Shown: positions 38,591 through 50,662, counted from the whole stretch's first letter. The stretch is 63,631 bases of DNA, filler included, from Octopus bimaculoides (GCF_001194135.2; 10 parts of 10 records of this genome joined end to end with filler, not necessarily neighbours in it), one strand, 5' to 3'. Notes: generated from the sequence alone by a model not told the origin. Numbers and translations are program-made.

Positions 38591-39088
38591 AGAATGTCCT
38601 TTCCTTCATCAAACTGAAAAATCATGTCTTTTTTACGCCATTGTTTATTTTCTTCTTTTTTGTGACTCCATTTTAAAAGTAAATTTACTTCGTATTTTTT
38701 TTTTNNNNNNNNNNNNNNNNNNNNNNNNNNNNNNNNNNNNNNNNNNNNNNNNNNNNNNNNNNNNNNNNNNNNNNNNNNNNNNNNNNNNNNNNNNNNNNNN
38801 NNNNNNNNNNNNNNNNNNNNNNNNNNNNNNNNNNNNNNNNNNNNNNNNNNNNNNNNNNNNNNNNNNNNNNNNNNNNNNNNNNNNNNNNNNNNNNNNNNNN
38901 NNNNNNNNNNNNNNNNNNNNNNNNNNNNNNNNNNNNNNNNNNNNNNNNNNNNNNNNNNNNNNNNNNNNNNNNNNNNNNNNNNNNNNNNNNNNNNNNNNNN
39001 NNNNNNNNNNNNNNNNNNNNNNNNNNNNNNNNNNNNNNNNNNNNNNNNNNNNNNNNNNNNNNNNNNNNNNNNNNNNNNNNNNNNNNNN

Positions 39089-39121
<33 letters not shown>

Positions 39122-39551
39122 CACACACACATATCTGTACCTATCTATCTACACACACACACGCGCGCACACACACACACATAACAGGCTTCCACATTGT
39201 TTCTGTCCACTAAATTCAGTCACAATGTATTGGTCTGCCCGAGTCTCTTTTAGAAGACACAAACAAAGAGTGCCGTGTAGTGGGATTGAGCCTGAAGCCA
39301 CAATGCTGCAAAGTGAGATCTTTTAACCAACAGCCATAACTGCATAATAAATTTGATTAATGTTAATCTTAATAATTTATCTTTAGCTTTGATTTTCTTT
39401 CAATTTTGAAAATGAATGAAATATGACGTGAAACATGACTCCAAACAAAAACTTTTAAGATTGCTTAGTGATACATTGTATTTGGACTGCGGATTAAAAA
39501 GCATGACAGCATTATATTTGGCATATTATATAATGTAATGTAATATATCTG

Positions 39552-39955
39552 TTTTACTGTTTTACTTGTTTCAGTCATTTGACTGTGGCCATGCTGGAGC
39601 ACCACCTTTAGTCGAGCAAATCGACCCCAGGACTTATTCTTTGTAAGCCTAGTACTTATTCCATAGGTCTCTTTTACCGAACCGCTAAGTTACGGGGACG
39701 TAAACACACCAGCATCGGTTGTCAAGCGATGTTGGGGTGACAAACACAGACACACAAACATACACACACATATATATACATACACATATATACGACGGGC
39801 TTCTTTCAGTTTCCGTCTACCAAATCCACTCACAAGGCTTTGGTCGGCCCGAGGCTATAGTAGAAGACACATACTCAAGGTGTCACGCAGTGGGACTGAA
39901 CCCGGGAACTATGTGGTTGGTAAGCAAGCTACTTACCACACAGCCACTCCTGCGC
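39552..39955 (-). mobile_element. SINE family B, full length
   Basis: gcgcaggagtggctgtgtggtaagtagcttgc head, B box gggttcagtccc, internal microsatellite, tail. Confidence 0.95.
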
Positions 39956-40314
39956 CTACATATATATAACAAAATAGACACACACACACATCACTGTATA
40001 AACTTCTATAAATCCATTACAGCTGATCTTTACAATCTGTTTCGCAGCGGACATTAGGTAATCGGACCATTATCTAGTAACTGTGATCCTCAGAGACGAC
40101 AGGTATGAAAGAAATGACAATTTTTTTCTCACTCCTACTTCTCTCTCCATCCCCATTTCTCTCTTTGTCTCTGGATGTGTCTGTGTGTCATTTATTTTTT
40201 ATTGGTGTCTGTACTGACGGATTTTATTCAAACAACTCGACCATAGTACTTATTTTCTTCTAATTTACGACTATTGTATAAAACCAACACTGATTATCAA
40301 ACGGTGGAAAAGAC

Positions 40315-40488
40315 AAAGGCACACACATATACCTGCGTACCACAGGCTTCCGTTCAGTTTATGTCCATCAAATTCACTCACAAGGCATTGACCTGCCAGC
40401 GGCTACGGTAGAAGATACATGCTGAAGATGCGACGCAGTGGGACTGAACCCAAACCATGTGATTGCAAAGCAAGCTTTTTAACCAAAC
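40315..40488 (-). mobile_element. SINE family B, 5' half, diverged
   Basis: Homology to 39770-39955. Confidence 0.75.
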
Positions 40489-40547
40489 ACCTTATCTGTG
40501 ACTATAATCCAGGTTTATTTATATCTAAGATGGTAAAGTGAGATCTT

Positions 40548-40811
40548 GTGGAGGCGCGTGGCTTAGTGGTTAGGGTGTCAGCATCATGATCATAGGATTG
40601 TGGTTTCGATTCCTGGACTGGGCGACGCGTTGTGTTCTTGAGCAAAACACTTCATTTCACGTTGCTCCAGTCCACTCAGCTGGCAAAAATGAGTAACGCT
40701 GCGATGGACTGGCGTCCCGTCCAGCTGGGGAACCCATACGCCACAGAAACCGAAAAACCGGGCCCATGATCCTGGCTAGGCTTTAAAAGTGCGCATTTAT
40801 TTTTATTTTTT
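40548..40811 (+). mobile_element. SINE family C, full length, 14-bp TSD
   Basis: gtggaggcgcgtggcttagtggttagg A box, ggtttcgattcc B box, core domain, ATTT tail. TSD taaagtgagatctt (40534-40547) / taaagtgtgatctt (40812-40825). Confidence 0.95.
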
Positions 40812-41319
40812 TAAAGTGTGATCTTAGAGAAATTTGACTGCTATTTCTACATTTTGCCTCGCAGTGACCCTATTTTTTCCATTGTGTGTATTAGTATCGA
40901 TATAGAACTAGTAGGTTCTAGAAGGAATTGACTACCGTTGGGAGTTCAATCTGCTTTGTCAGGGTCGTAGCCCGAGGAAGAGACGCTTTTATGGGGTCAG
41001 CGCTTCTAGGTCTTCTGCATATGTCTGTATTGACTTTGTGGCCCCGTGACGAAAGAAGAGGGACGTCGGACAACCCAAAGGCTGCTTCGAGTGGCGCACA
41101 AATCTATTTAGGCACATCACTGGTCTTGGTTTTAAAATGTTGTGTGAATGCTGATAGCTGGGAGCGAACTGTCAGCACCTACACATCCGACTCATCTTCG
41201 CATCTGTATTAAAAATAATTCTGTTACAGAAAAGAATAGGGGGGGAAAAAAACGGGAGAAATAAAGGAAAAACTAATTGTTGTCGTGAAGGGAAAAGGAA
41301 AGAAAAATAAATAAATTAG

Positions 41320-41416
41320 TAATAATAATAATAATAATAAGAAGAAGAAGAAGAAGAAGAAGAAGAACAAGAACAAGAACAAGAACAAGAACAAGAACAA
41401 GAACAACAACAGCAAC

Positions 41417-41480
<64 letters not shown>

Positions 41481-41502
41481 GCAACAACGACAACAACAAC
41501 TG
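41320..41502. repeat. In-register compound microsatellite (AAT)n(AAG)n(AACAAG)n(AAC)(AAT)n(AAC)
   Basis: Direct read. Confidence 0.97.
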
Positions 41503-41941
41503 TAAATAAATAAACAAATCAATGAATAAATAAACCCATAAAATATTCTGCTTGTGTGACAGCAATAAGTTGGTCATTAATTAATCATGAGTTGACCATT
41601 AGTGGGGAAAGTGCTGGTCGGTGGTAGTAGTGATGGCGGCGGCGGCGGCGGCAGCGTTGTTTTTATTGGCTGTGGTGGTGGTGGTGAGTGAGTGGGAGGG
41701 GGCGATCAGTTCATGTTTCAAAGATGAAGAATGTTTCAAAACCAGTGAAATGGTAAGCACGTTTCTTTCTGTGCTGCAAATACTTTGGACTTGTCACTCT
41801 TTCTAGTGTTCTTTGATTTCCCATAGGTCTTTCCCGTGTCTATTTTCTGTGGCTAAAACTTCACCCGATTCTTTCTCTTTCCTCCATCAACTCTACAACG
41901 AGCTCGCCATTTTACTCTCTCTTCCCCCTCTCTCTATCTCC

Positions 41942-41997
<56 letters not shown>

Positions 41998-42018
41998 GCA
42001 TCTATATATATATATATA

Positions 42019-42076
<58 letters not shown>

Positions 42077-42192
42077 TATATATAGTTGTGTGCGTGTGTG
42101 TTTCTGTGAGAGTAAGAATGAAACAATGAATGTATCCGTTTCTCTGTCTATCTGTTTGTCTGTCTGTCTGTCTCTGTCTCTCTCTCTCTCTG

Positions 42193-42229
<37 letters not shown>

Positions 42230-42530
42230 CACTCTCTCTCTCTCTCTCTNNNNNNNNNNNNNNNNNNNNNNNNNNNNNNNNNNNNNNNNNNNNNNNNNNN
42301 NNNNNNNNNNNNNNNNNNNNNNNNNNNNNNNNNNNNNNNNNNNNNNNNNNNNNNNNNNNNNNNNNNNNNNNNNNNNNNNNNNNNNNNNNNNNNNNNNNNN
42401 NNNNNNNNNNNNNNNNNNNNNNNNNNNNNNNNNNNNNNNNNNNNNNNNNNNNNNNNNNNNNNNNNNNNNNNNNNNNNNNNNNNNNNNNNNNNNNNNNNNN
42501 NNNNNNNNNNNNNNNNNNNNNNNCATACAT

Positions 42531-42568
<38 letters not shown>

Positions 42569-43117
42569 GCGCACGCACACATATAGACGCATACAAACAT
42601 GCGAACATACACACGCATAGAAACATACATACGGACACATACACAAACGCACACTTATGCCCACAAGCACACTCACACGCAATCATGTGCACATGCACAA
42701 AGCACGAGCGTCTGCATACATGCACGTCACGCATATATAAACTATACATGCAATTGTGTGTATAAATTCGGGTAAGCATGCGCATCGTTAGTATACGCGT
42801 GCGCGTGTGTTTATGGAATAAATATCCGTTATATACTTGCGAAAACATAGTTATGGATTTCGCACGGGCGCATGTTCTCTTGCATACGCGTGTGAGTGCA
42901 CACACACCATTGTGCACGCACGTGTGCACACATACACCTGTCTCCCCACGATTACATCGTCTCTCTCCCTTTCTCTTTCTCTCTCTGTCTCTCTTTCACT
43001 CTCACATGCACTCAAACACCCACACACATCTATAATCGCATATATATGTATATGCATATGTATGCGTGTATCTATGTATGTGTGTGTTTATCTATATATA
43101 TATATGTATATATATAC

Positions 43118-43218
<101 letters not shown>

Positions 43219-43613
43219 NNNNNNNNNNNNNNNNNNNNNNNNNNNNNNNNNNNNNNNNNNNNTTAATTAATTAANNNNNNNNNNNNNNNNNNNNNNNNNN
43301 NNNNNNNNNNNNNNNNNNCTGGTGTATGGAGGAAAGAGGACTGGAGACAGTTCTACTGGGTTCTGCTGCTTGTGTGGCATGGTGCAGAGTCCTGTTACCA
43401 GACATAGAGTCTTCCAGCAGCCACCCTCTTGACCACGGTGGCACTGCCTCCTCCAGGCACTTGATGTAGGCCTCTGCGTTGAGTATGAGGCCATGTGGGA
43501 AGATGAATGGAGGCATAACATCGCCATCACTAGTGNNNNNNNNNNGGCTTTCAAGCTGTTTGGTTGATTAAAAAGAAGCTGCTAGTGGCAGATAGGGGGT
43601 GTTGGGGTGTGGT

Positions 43614-44050
43614 CTGGTGTATGGAGGAAAGAGGACTGGAGACAGTTCTACTGGGTTCTGCTGCTTGTGTGGCATGGTGCAGAGTCCTGTTACCAGACAT
43701 AGAGTCTTCCAGCAGCCACCCTCTTGACCACGGTGGCACTGCCTCCTCCAGGCACTTGATGTAGGCCTCTGCGTTGAGTATGAGGCCATGTGGGAAGATG
43801 AATGGAGGCATAACATCGCCATCACTAGTGATCACTGCCAATGCCATGATGTTGACTGGATGTTTGATTTTTATCACCCTCGATACATGTCCTCAGATTG
43901 ACACCCAAACACTCTGAAATGTTTGTATCAGAGCTTCTGACACAAATGCAAAGTAGTACAGCATGTTGTTTCCAAATTTCTGGCAGAATGAATTGTGTTA
44001 TGGTGTTGCTTTTCTCACAGACGGTGCCCAATTGACCTTACTATCCTGTG
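43614..44050 (-). mobile_element. Internally deleted DD37D (maT-like) element; 217 bp duplicated exactly at 43319-43535
   Basis: KHPVNIMALAVITSDGDVMPPFIFPHGLILNAEAYIKCLEEAVPPW joined directly to an HTH start. TA-cacaggatagtaaggtcaattgggcacc terminus. Confidence 0.85.
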
Positions 44051-44063
44051 TAGACAACAAAAT

Positions 44064-44104
<41 letters not shown>

Positions 44105-44201
44105 GAACGTGTGTGTGTGACTGTGTGTGTGTGTTAAATAAAATGAGACGACAAAGTCAAGATTGTGTGGAATTTTGAGAACATTTATAGAGAGAAAGTT
44201 A

Positions 44202-44248
44202 GTTTTACAGCTGTTTCTGGGATATTCCGGATATCCTTCATCAAAGAC
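44202..44248 (-). ncRNA. Degenerate minimal hammerhead in a PLE-like remnant
   Basis: GUCU UUGAUGA A GGAUAU-CCGGA-AUAUCC CA GAAA CAGCUG UA AAAC: stem II 6 bp, palindromic ACAGCUGU stem III, U3 variant, one stem I mismatch. Confidence 0.55.
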
Positions 44249-44378
44249 AATGTGAGAGAGTTAACTAGAGGGAAATAGTAGAGTTCAATACAAGGAGTTA
44301 TTTTGAAAAAGGAAGGACAGAGAAAGTACAAAGGGAAATAAGAGAATAAAAGTAAAAATTAAAATATATATAGGATGT

Positions 44379-44411
<33 letters not shown>

Positions 44412-44689
44412 ATGTACATATTCTCATTGTCTCTATTGTTACAACACAATAGACAAACAATGATATATAACATGAGAACGGGAATGAATGAAAAAGAAAA
44501 ACAAGGAAATAAAAGTTTAATGTGAACCAGTGCAATGGCCGATCAGAAAGGAAGTGAACTAACTTCACAGCACGATAACGGACAGGACACAAAACGAACA
44601 GAAATTAAACAAAGAAAGAATTATCAATTTCAGGTTTGCCCTTGAAATTATATACATACACACATATATATTATATGTATATATATACT

Positions 44690-44990
44690 TTATTTAAAAG
44701 CAGCAGAAATATAACCAAAATCTGTTACTCAGAGTTTCACGTTCCCGTTCATCGGACAGTTTTGTTAGAAATGGGAGAGAAATGACGATGCAATCAAAAC
44801 TGATATAAATTAAAAAAACATGGATCTGTTTTATTGGTCGTTTCAAATAATGGTCTTAGGTATGCAATGAACAAAATAAACAAAACAAATGAATTCGATA
44901 TAGATACATCCTATTTTTTAAAAAATCAAAGAAAACCTTAAATTGGAAAGTGGGTTCAAAATACATATTGTAAATAATTATATTCGAATT
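44690..44990 (-). mobile_element. Penelope-like 3' end/pLTR remnant
   Basis: Carries an intact minimal HHR fold. The upstream sequence only weakly resembles a GIY-YIG terminus. Confidence 0.45.
44722..44759 (-). ncRNA. Minimal type I hammerhead (U4C variant)
   Basis: CUGU CCGAUGA ACG-GGAA-CGU GAAA CUC-U-GAG UA ACAG: all three stems pair, GNRA loop, GUA site. Confidence 0.72.
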
Positions 44991-45242
44991 ATCGCTCAAT
45001 TTACACATTAAAATTTTTAAAAAAATTTACGCTGCATTAAATAAAAACTAAAAATTTTACAACAGTATATACGCATACTAGACTATCTACAACATACATA
45101 TATACATCAAAATACACAGATGCATACGTACAGACAATATACGTATATAGGCATATATTTGTAAGACATAAATACATGCACGAAAACACATGTATACATA
45201 TACATATATATACGCAATCATATATATATATACATATATACA

Positions 45243-46212
45243 CAGGGGTTGGACAAAATGATGGAAACACCTTAAAATTTCAAACAAATTCATTTTAATA
45301 TGGGATAGGACTGCCTTTGGCAGTAAATACAGCTTGAATTGTACGAGGTGTGGACTCGTACAAAGTTTGAATTATTTCCAAAGGAATTTTTGTCCATTCT
45401 TCAGCTAAAACAGTCTCCAGTTCTTGCAGTGATGATGGTAGAGGATATCGACTCCCTGTTTTTCTAAAATGCACCATAGATGTTCAATGATATTGAAATC
45501 TGGGGACTGTGGTAGCCAGATAAGATGTTCAACTTCACTAGAATGTTCCTCGTGTCATTCAGTAACAACTTTAGCTGTGTGAATTGGTGCATTATCATCC
45601 TGAAAGATTGCGTTTCCCTCCAGAAACAGTTCCGCAACCATAGGATGAATTTGATCAGATAAAATACTTAAATAATCTTGACTGTTAATTCGACCATGAA
45701 GGGAAACCATTGGGCCGGCGGATTTCTAAGATATAGCCCCCCGCCCCAGATCATCACAGATCCTCCTAGATGTTTAACAGTTGTAAGAAGGCAGTCTGGG
45801 TCAAATGCTTCTTTTGGCTGTCTCCACATGTATACTCAGCTGGTGGTCGGAAATAAGGTAAAGGATGACTCGTCTGAGAAAATAACATTCTTCCACTGGT
45901 TTAGGGACCAATTCTGTACGTTTTTACTCCACTCTAAACGCTTTGCAACGTTTGTTTTTGAAAGTAGTGGTTTTCTGATTGCAGACCTCCAGTGAAGTCC
46001 AGCTTTGTGCAGCTCCCAGCAAATAGTTTTCGTGAAAACTGGATTCTTGAAGTAGTCATTAAGGCCTGCAGTAATTTTGGGAACTGTACTTATGTGATCC
46101 TTTCTAACAATTCACGTAAGAGTCTGACGGTCCCTATCTGAAAGTTTTGGTTTTCTTCCAGAGTTTTGTTTCGACAAAGAGGTTTTAGATGACAGTTTAT
46201 TCACTGTACCCT
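45243..46212 (-). mobile_element. Tc1 (DD34E) transposon, 3' two-thirds; transposase pseudogene
   Basis: VIFSDESS, AIFQDDNAPIHTAKVVTE*H, SPDFNIIEHLW, EEWTKIPLE...TAKGSPIPY*. TIR caggggttggacaaaatgatggaaacacc after (TA)n. Truncated by an RTE tail. Confidence 0.95.
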
Positions 46213-47282
46213 TCATCATCTTCATCTTCATCTAACGTCCGTGTCCCTTCTGGCATGGGTTGGATGCTTTGACTGGGCTGACACACTGGAAGGCTGCACC
46301 AGGCTCCAGTCTGTTTTGGCATGGTTTTCTACAGCTGGATGCCCTTCCTAACACCAACTGCTTTGAGAGTGTAATGGGTACTTTTACATGCCACCAACAT
46401 GGGTGATAGTTTGCATGACACCTGTATCTGCCATGACTGTAATTTTGCTTGGCTTGATGGGTCTTCTCAAGTATGACATAATGCCAAAGGTCTTGATCAT
46501 TGCCTCCGTGAGGCCCAACACTTGAAAGGAACTCAGCCACTTTGCCTCCGTGAGGCCCAATGCTTGAAAGGAACTCAGCCACTTTGCCTCCGTGATTCCC
46601 AATGCTTCAAAGGAACTTAGCCAATTTGCCTCTGTGAGGCCCAATGCTTGAAAGGAACTCAGCCACTTTGCCTCCGTGAAGCCCAACACTGGAAAGGAAC
46701 TCAATCACTTTGCTTCCATGAGACCCAGTGCTCAAAAGAAACTTAGCCACTTTGCCTCCATGGGGCCTAATGTACAAAAGATACTCTTTCCATGCCACCA
46801 GCATGGGTGCACTTTGCTTGATAGCTCATCTCAATCGCAGCATATAGCCCAATGTCGTGGTCACTCGTCATTGCTTCACCACGTTGTACCATGTCTTATT
46901 GGGTCTACCTCTACTACAGGTTCCCTCCACAGTTAGACATCAGCACTTCTTTACACAGCTGTCCTCACCCATATGCATCACATGACCATACCAGTGCAGT
47001 CATCTCTCTTCCACACCACATTTGATTCCTCTTATGCCCAATTTTTCTCTCAAGATACTTACACTCTGTCGAACACTGACATTGTACGTCCAGTAAAGCA
47101 TACTGGCTTCATTTCTTTCAAGCCTACAAATGTCCTCGGCTATCACAGCCATGCAGCATAGTTGTTCGCACACAGGCATCAAACAATCTGCCTTTCGCTC
47201 TGAGAGAGAGGCCCTTTGTTGCCAGCAGAGGAAGGAGCTCTCTGAACTTTGCCCATCCTAATCTTATTCTCACAGCTACGCT
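46213..47282 (-). mobile_element. RTE-clade LINE 3' end (ORF C-terminus, 3' UTR, (GAT)n-like tail) with duplicated C-terminus
   Basis: RIRLGWAKFRELLPLLATKGLSLRAKGRLFDACVRT, LREKLGIRGIKCGVEERRLHWYGHVMHM, RGRPNKTW, DLWHYVILEKTHQAK. catcatcttcatcttcatc tail on the plus strand. Confidence 0.9.
46501..46772. repeat. 42-bp minisatellite, 6 full units plus a partial unit, inside the RTE
   Basis: Units start at 46501, 46543, 46585, 46627, 46669, 46711 and 46753. Confidence 0.95.
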
Positions 47283-47382
47283 NNNNNNNNNNNNNNNNNN
47301 NNNNNNNNNNNNNNNNNNNNNNNNNNNNNNNNNNNNNNNNNNNNNNNNNNNNNNNNNNNNNNNNNNNNNNNNNNNNNNNNNN

Positions 47383-47425
<43 letters not shown>

Positions 47426-47655
47426 TAATGGTATTTATATAAGCTTAAAGCTTATGGTGATCACCAGGCAACGACTAAAGATAATAGTGTAATAAAGGGG
47501 CATATAAGCCCTCAACAGAAAGAAGAAAGCTTTCCCATCTGCATTGGAAAGCCTTCTTTTTTCTGTCGTGGACTTACATGCCCCTTTATTAGACTATTTT
47601 CCCTAATCATTGCCCGGTGATCACCATAAGCTTTAAGCTTATATAAATACCGTTA
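47426..47655. mobile_element. Fold-back MITE, whole element palindromic
   Basis: Perfect 36-bp TIR (47430-47465 / 47616-47651). Imperfect pairing continues to a 10-nt centre. Confidence 0.9.
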
Positions 47656-47730
47656 TTATCATTTACAGGATTGTAAAACATGGCACCGTATAACAAAACC
47701 ATTTGCACTAAAAGCATATATATATATATA

Positions 47731-47980
47731 TTGGGTGGGTGCATAATTATTGTGGCTGTTTTCAACAAATTTTATTCAGCAAAATCAATAACAATATTTA
47801 ACAAAAACATCTTTAAATGATGGTCTGACCGTCTGCCAAGCAAATGGGAAGCAGTAATTGAAGTAGATGGTGAATATGCTCCAGAATAATCATTTAAAGA
47901 TGTTTTTGTTACATGTTGTTATTGTTTTTGTTGAATAAAATTTGTTGAAAAAGAGCCGCAATAATTATGCACCAACCCAA
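47731..47980 (+). mobile_element. mariner-derived MITE with about 90-bp inverted arms and TA TSDs
   Basis: ttgggtgggtgcataattattg / caataattatgcaccaacccaa. Centre encodes DRLPSKWEAVIEVDGEYAPE*. Confidence 0.9.
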
Positions 47981-48086
47981 TAACATATATACACACACAC
48001 ACATCTTTAAATGCAGATGTATAACATATAAAATATTTATAAACAGTTATATAACATACACACAAGCAACAATGTCTACAGTTATA

Positions 48087-48226
48087 TTGGGTTGGTGCAT
48101 AATTATTGCGGCTTTTTTCAATAAATTTTATTCAACAAAAACAATAAGAATATTTAACAAAAACAACTTTAAATGAAGTTCTGACCGTCTGCCAAGCAAA
48201 TGGGAAGCAGTAGTTGAAGTAGATGC
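48087..48226 (+). mobile_element. Second, truncated copy of the same mariner MITE
   Basis: High identity to 47731-47875. Confidence 0.88.
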
Positions 48227-48550
48227 ATCCTTTAGGCAAAACTTAAACTGCCTTACCGTGGACCCTATGATCTATTCACTTGGACCCCATCCCAAGCCAC
48301 TTGATAATAATACTACAACACTCGGGAAGCGTATCCACTTCAATAATAGCAACCCTTGTAATACGATCCCTACTTCTAGCAACCTGGCCACATATAACAG
48401 CAGTGACTCCCTCTCTCAGCCCAACACTATTAATGATAACACCTCCAATCCTTGTTTGAGGATAACAGATCCTATGAAACCAGACCAGAATAGGGATCAA
48501 TCCTAAATCTACCACTGATAGGAAAACCTAATTGTCAGATCATCCAACTT

Positions 48551-48955
48551 TGTCCATTAGATGGTTTTTGTTTACACTACAATGTGGTGTATAAATACCA
48601 GGTAATAACACAAATTTCCCACAAGGCTAGGGTCTATATTGGGGGCACTGTTGATTTCAAACAACACTATCAAGCTCACATAAATCTGTCTTCAAATCGA
48701 GCCTCTAGGTTTTCCACCTCCCTAGCTATACACATATAACCTAAAGTCCTCGAATATTCACTATACTTTATCTTGGTCCATTGTTTGCAAGGCTGCGCCT
48801 GTACAATACTAACCACTGTGTATGTAAATTGTGTTCAAAGAAGTCACTTGCTGTCCTTTGTCACCGTAACTTCTCATTACTCAATAGGTTCTCTGATGTA
48901 ATCTTCTCATGTAAGCACAAATTTTTTTCCACTTTTGCCCATTATGCAAAATTTC
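48551..48955 (+). mobile_element. Penelope-like GIY-YIG endonuclease remnant
   Basis: CPLDGFCLHYNVVYKYQV...RVYIGGTVDFKQHYQAH, STSLAIHI, WSIVCKA, CKLCSKK...LLNRFSDVIFSCKHK. Frameshifts and stops. Confidence 0.85.
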
Positions 48956-48969
48956 ATATTATTTCCTAA

Positions 48970-49381
48970 CGCAGGAGTGCCTGTGTAGTAAGTAGCTTGC
49001 TTATCAACCACATGGTTCTGGGTTCATTCCCACTGCTTGGCACCTTGGGCAAGTGTCTTCTACTATAGACTCGGGCCGACCAAAGCCTTGTGAGTGGATT
49101 TGGTAGACAGAAACTGAAAGAAGCCCGTCGTATATATGTATATATGCGTGTGTGTGTATGTGTGCGTGTGTATGTGTGTGCGTTTGTGTTCATTCCCCCA
49201 ACGTCGCTTGACAACTGATGCTGGTGTGTTTATGTCCCCGTAACTTAGTAGTTCGGCAAAAGAGACCGATAAAATAAGTACTAGGCCTCCAAAGAATAAG
49301 TCCTGGGGGTCGATTTGCTCGACTAAAAGGTGGTGCTCCAGCATGGCCACAGTCAAATGACTAAAACAAGTAAAAGAGTAA
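48970..49381 (+). mobile_element. SINE family B, full length
   Basis: Homology to 39552-39955. Confidence 0.95.
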
Positions 49382-50231
49382 CTAAAATTAAGCCATAACT
49401 TATCACTTAGCTATGCAGGCAGCATATTCTTTCTTTCTTTCTTTCTTTCTTTCTTTTTCTCCCTCTCTCTTCTTGTACTTTTCTTCATATGTCTTCATAT
49501 CTTCCTCTGCTGCTAACCCCCACCTGTCTTCTTTGAATTCTTTCTCTATAACCAGCTCCCATTCCTAATTGATTCAATGTCTTCTCTTCTCTGTTCTCTT
49601 AGTGCCTTTCTCCCTATCTCCTCCTCCTTCTCCGTTACTCCTACCCCCATTCCTTGTCTCTTCTTGTGTTCCTCTACAACCAGCAACCATCACTGATTGA
49701 ATTAAGGTCTGTTTAACAATGTACCTGACCACCAGCAGCACCTCCTTTCACCATACTGAACTTATCTTACACCCACCCCCTCTGGTTCACCTCTTCTACT
49801 TCTATTCATGCCCTTAATTACTGCCCTGCCCCTCCTTCTTGCCACCTTATATTTCTTTTTACTCTTTCTTTACCTCCCTACTCCCCTTCCCAAAAATTTT
49901 TACACCTTTATCCTCTTCTCCCTTCAACCTTTAAGTCTCTCACATTACTATGTGAACTACTATTGCCAATTCTTTCTCCTAATAAAGTTGGTCTTATAGT
50001 AATATCTCTATACAACCATTTAATGGTTGCATATGCATGGCTTTTTGCACATTCCTTCTGCTAGTTAAAAACATTACAATTATAATGTTATTCCAACATT
50101 CCAGAAACAGCTGTTGAGTTAAAAAATATATTCTGTATTTTTTATGATCTATGAAAATTCATTTATTGCTGTATATATACTTACATACATATACATGTGT
50201 GTGTGTGTGTGTGTTTGTATATGTACATATA

Positions 50232-50312
<81 letters not shown>

Positions 50313-50314
<2 letters not shown>

Positions 50315-50662
50315 ATCATCATCGTTTAATGTCTGTTTTTCATGCTGGCATGGGTTGGACGGTTCGACTGGGGTCTGGGAAGCCAGGAGGCTGCACCAGA
50401 CTCCAGTCTGATTTGGCAGTGTTTCTAAAGTTGGATGCCCTTCCTAACAACTCCAAGAGTGTAGTGGGTCCATTTTATGTGCCACCTGCACAGGGGCTAG
50501 AGGAGTCTGGCATCGACCATGTTCGGATGGTGCTTTTTACATGCCACCAGCATGGGGCTCCAGTCAGGTGGCGCTGGCATCAGCCACAACTAAAATTTCC
50601 ATTTGATTGTGGTTTGATTTGATTTTGATGTACTTGACTCAATAGGTCTCCTCAAGCATGGC
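50313..50662 (-). mobile_element. RTE 3' UTR fragment
   Basis: catcatcatcgtttaatgtc...catgctggcatgggttggac...ggatgcccttcctaac, shared with 46213-46410 and 61538-61700. Confidence 0.8.

Noticed and set aside
40928-41212. GC-richer unique stretch with an ORF on + and a mostly open antisense frame
   Set aside because: The minus frame has two TAG stops, the splice sites are weak, and I recognise no protein.
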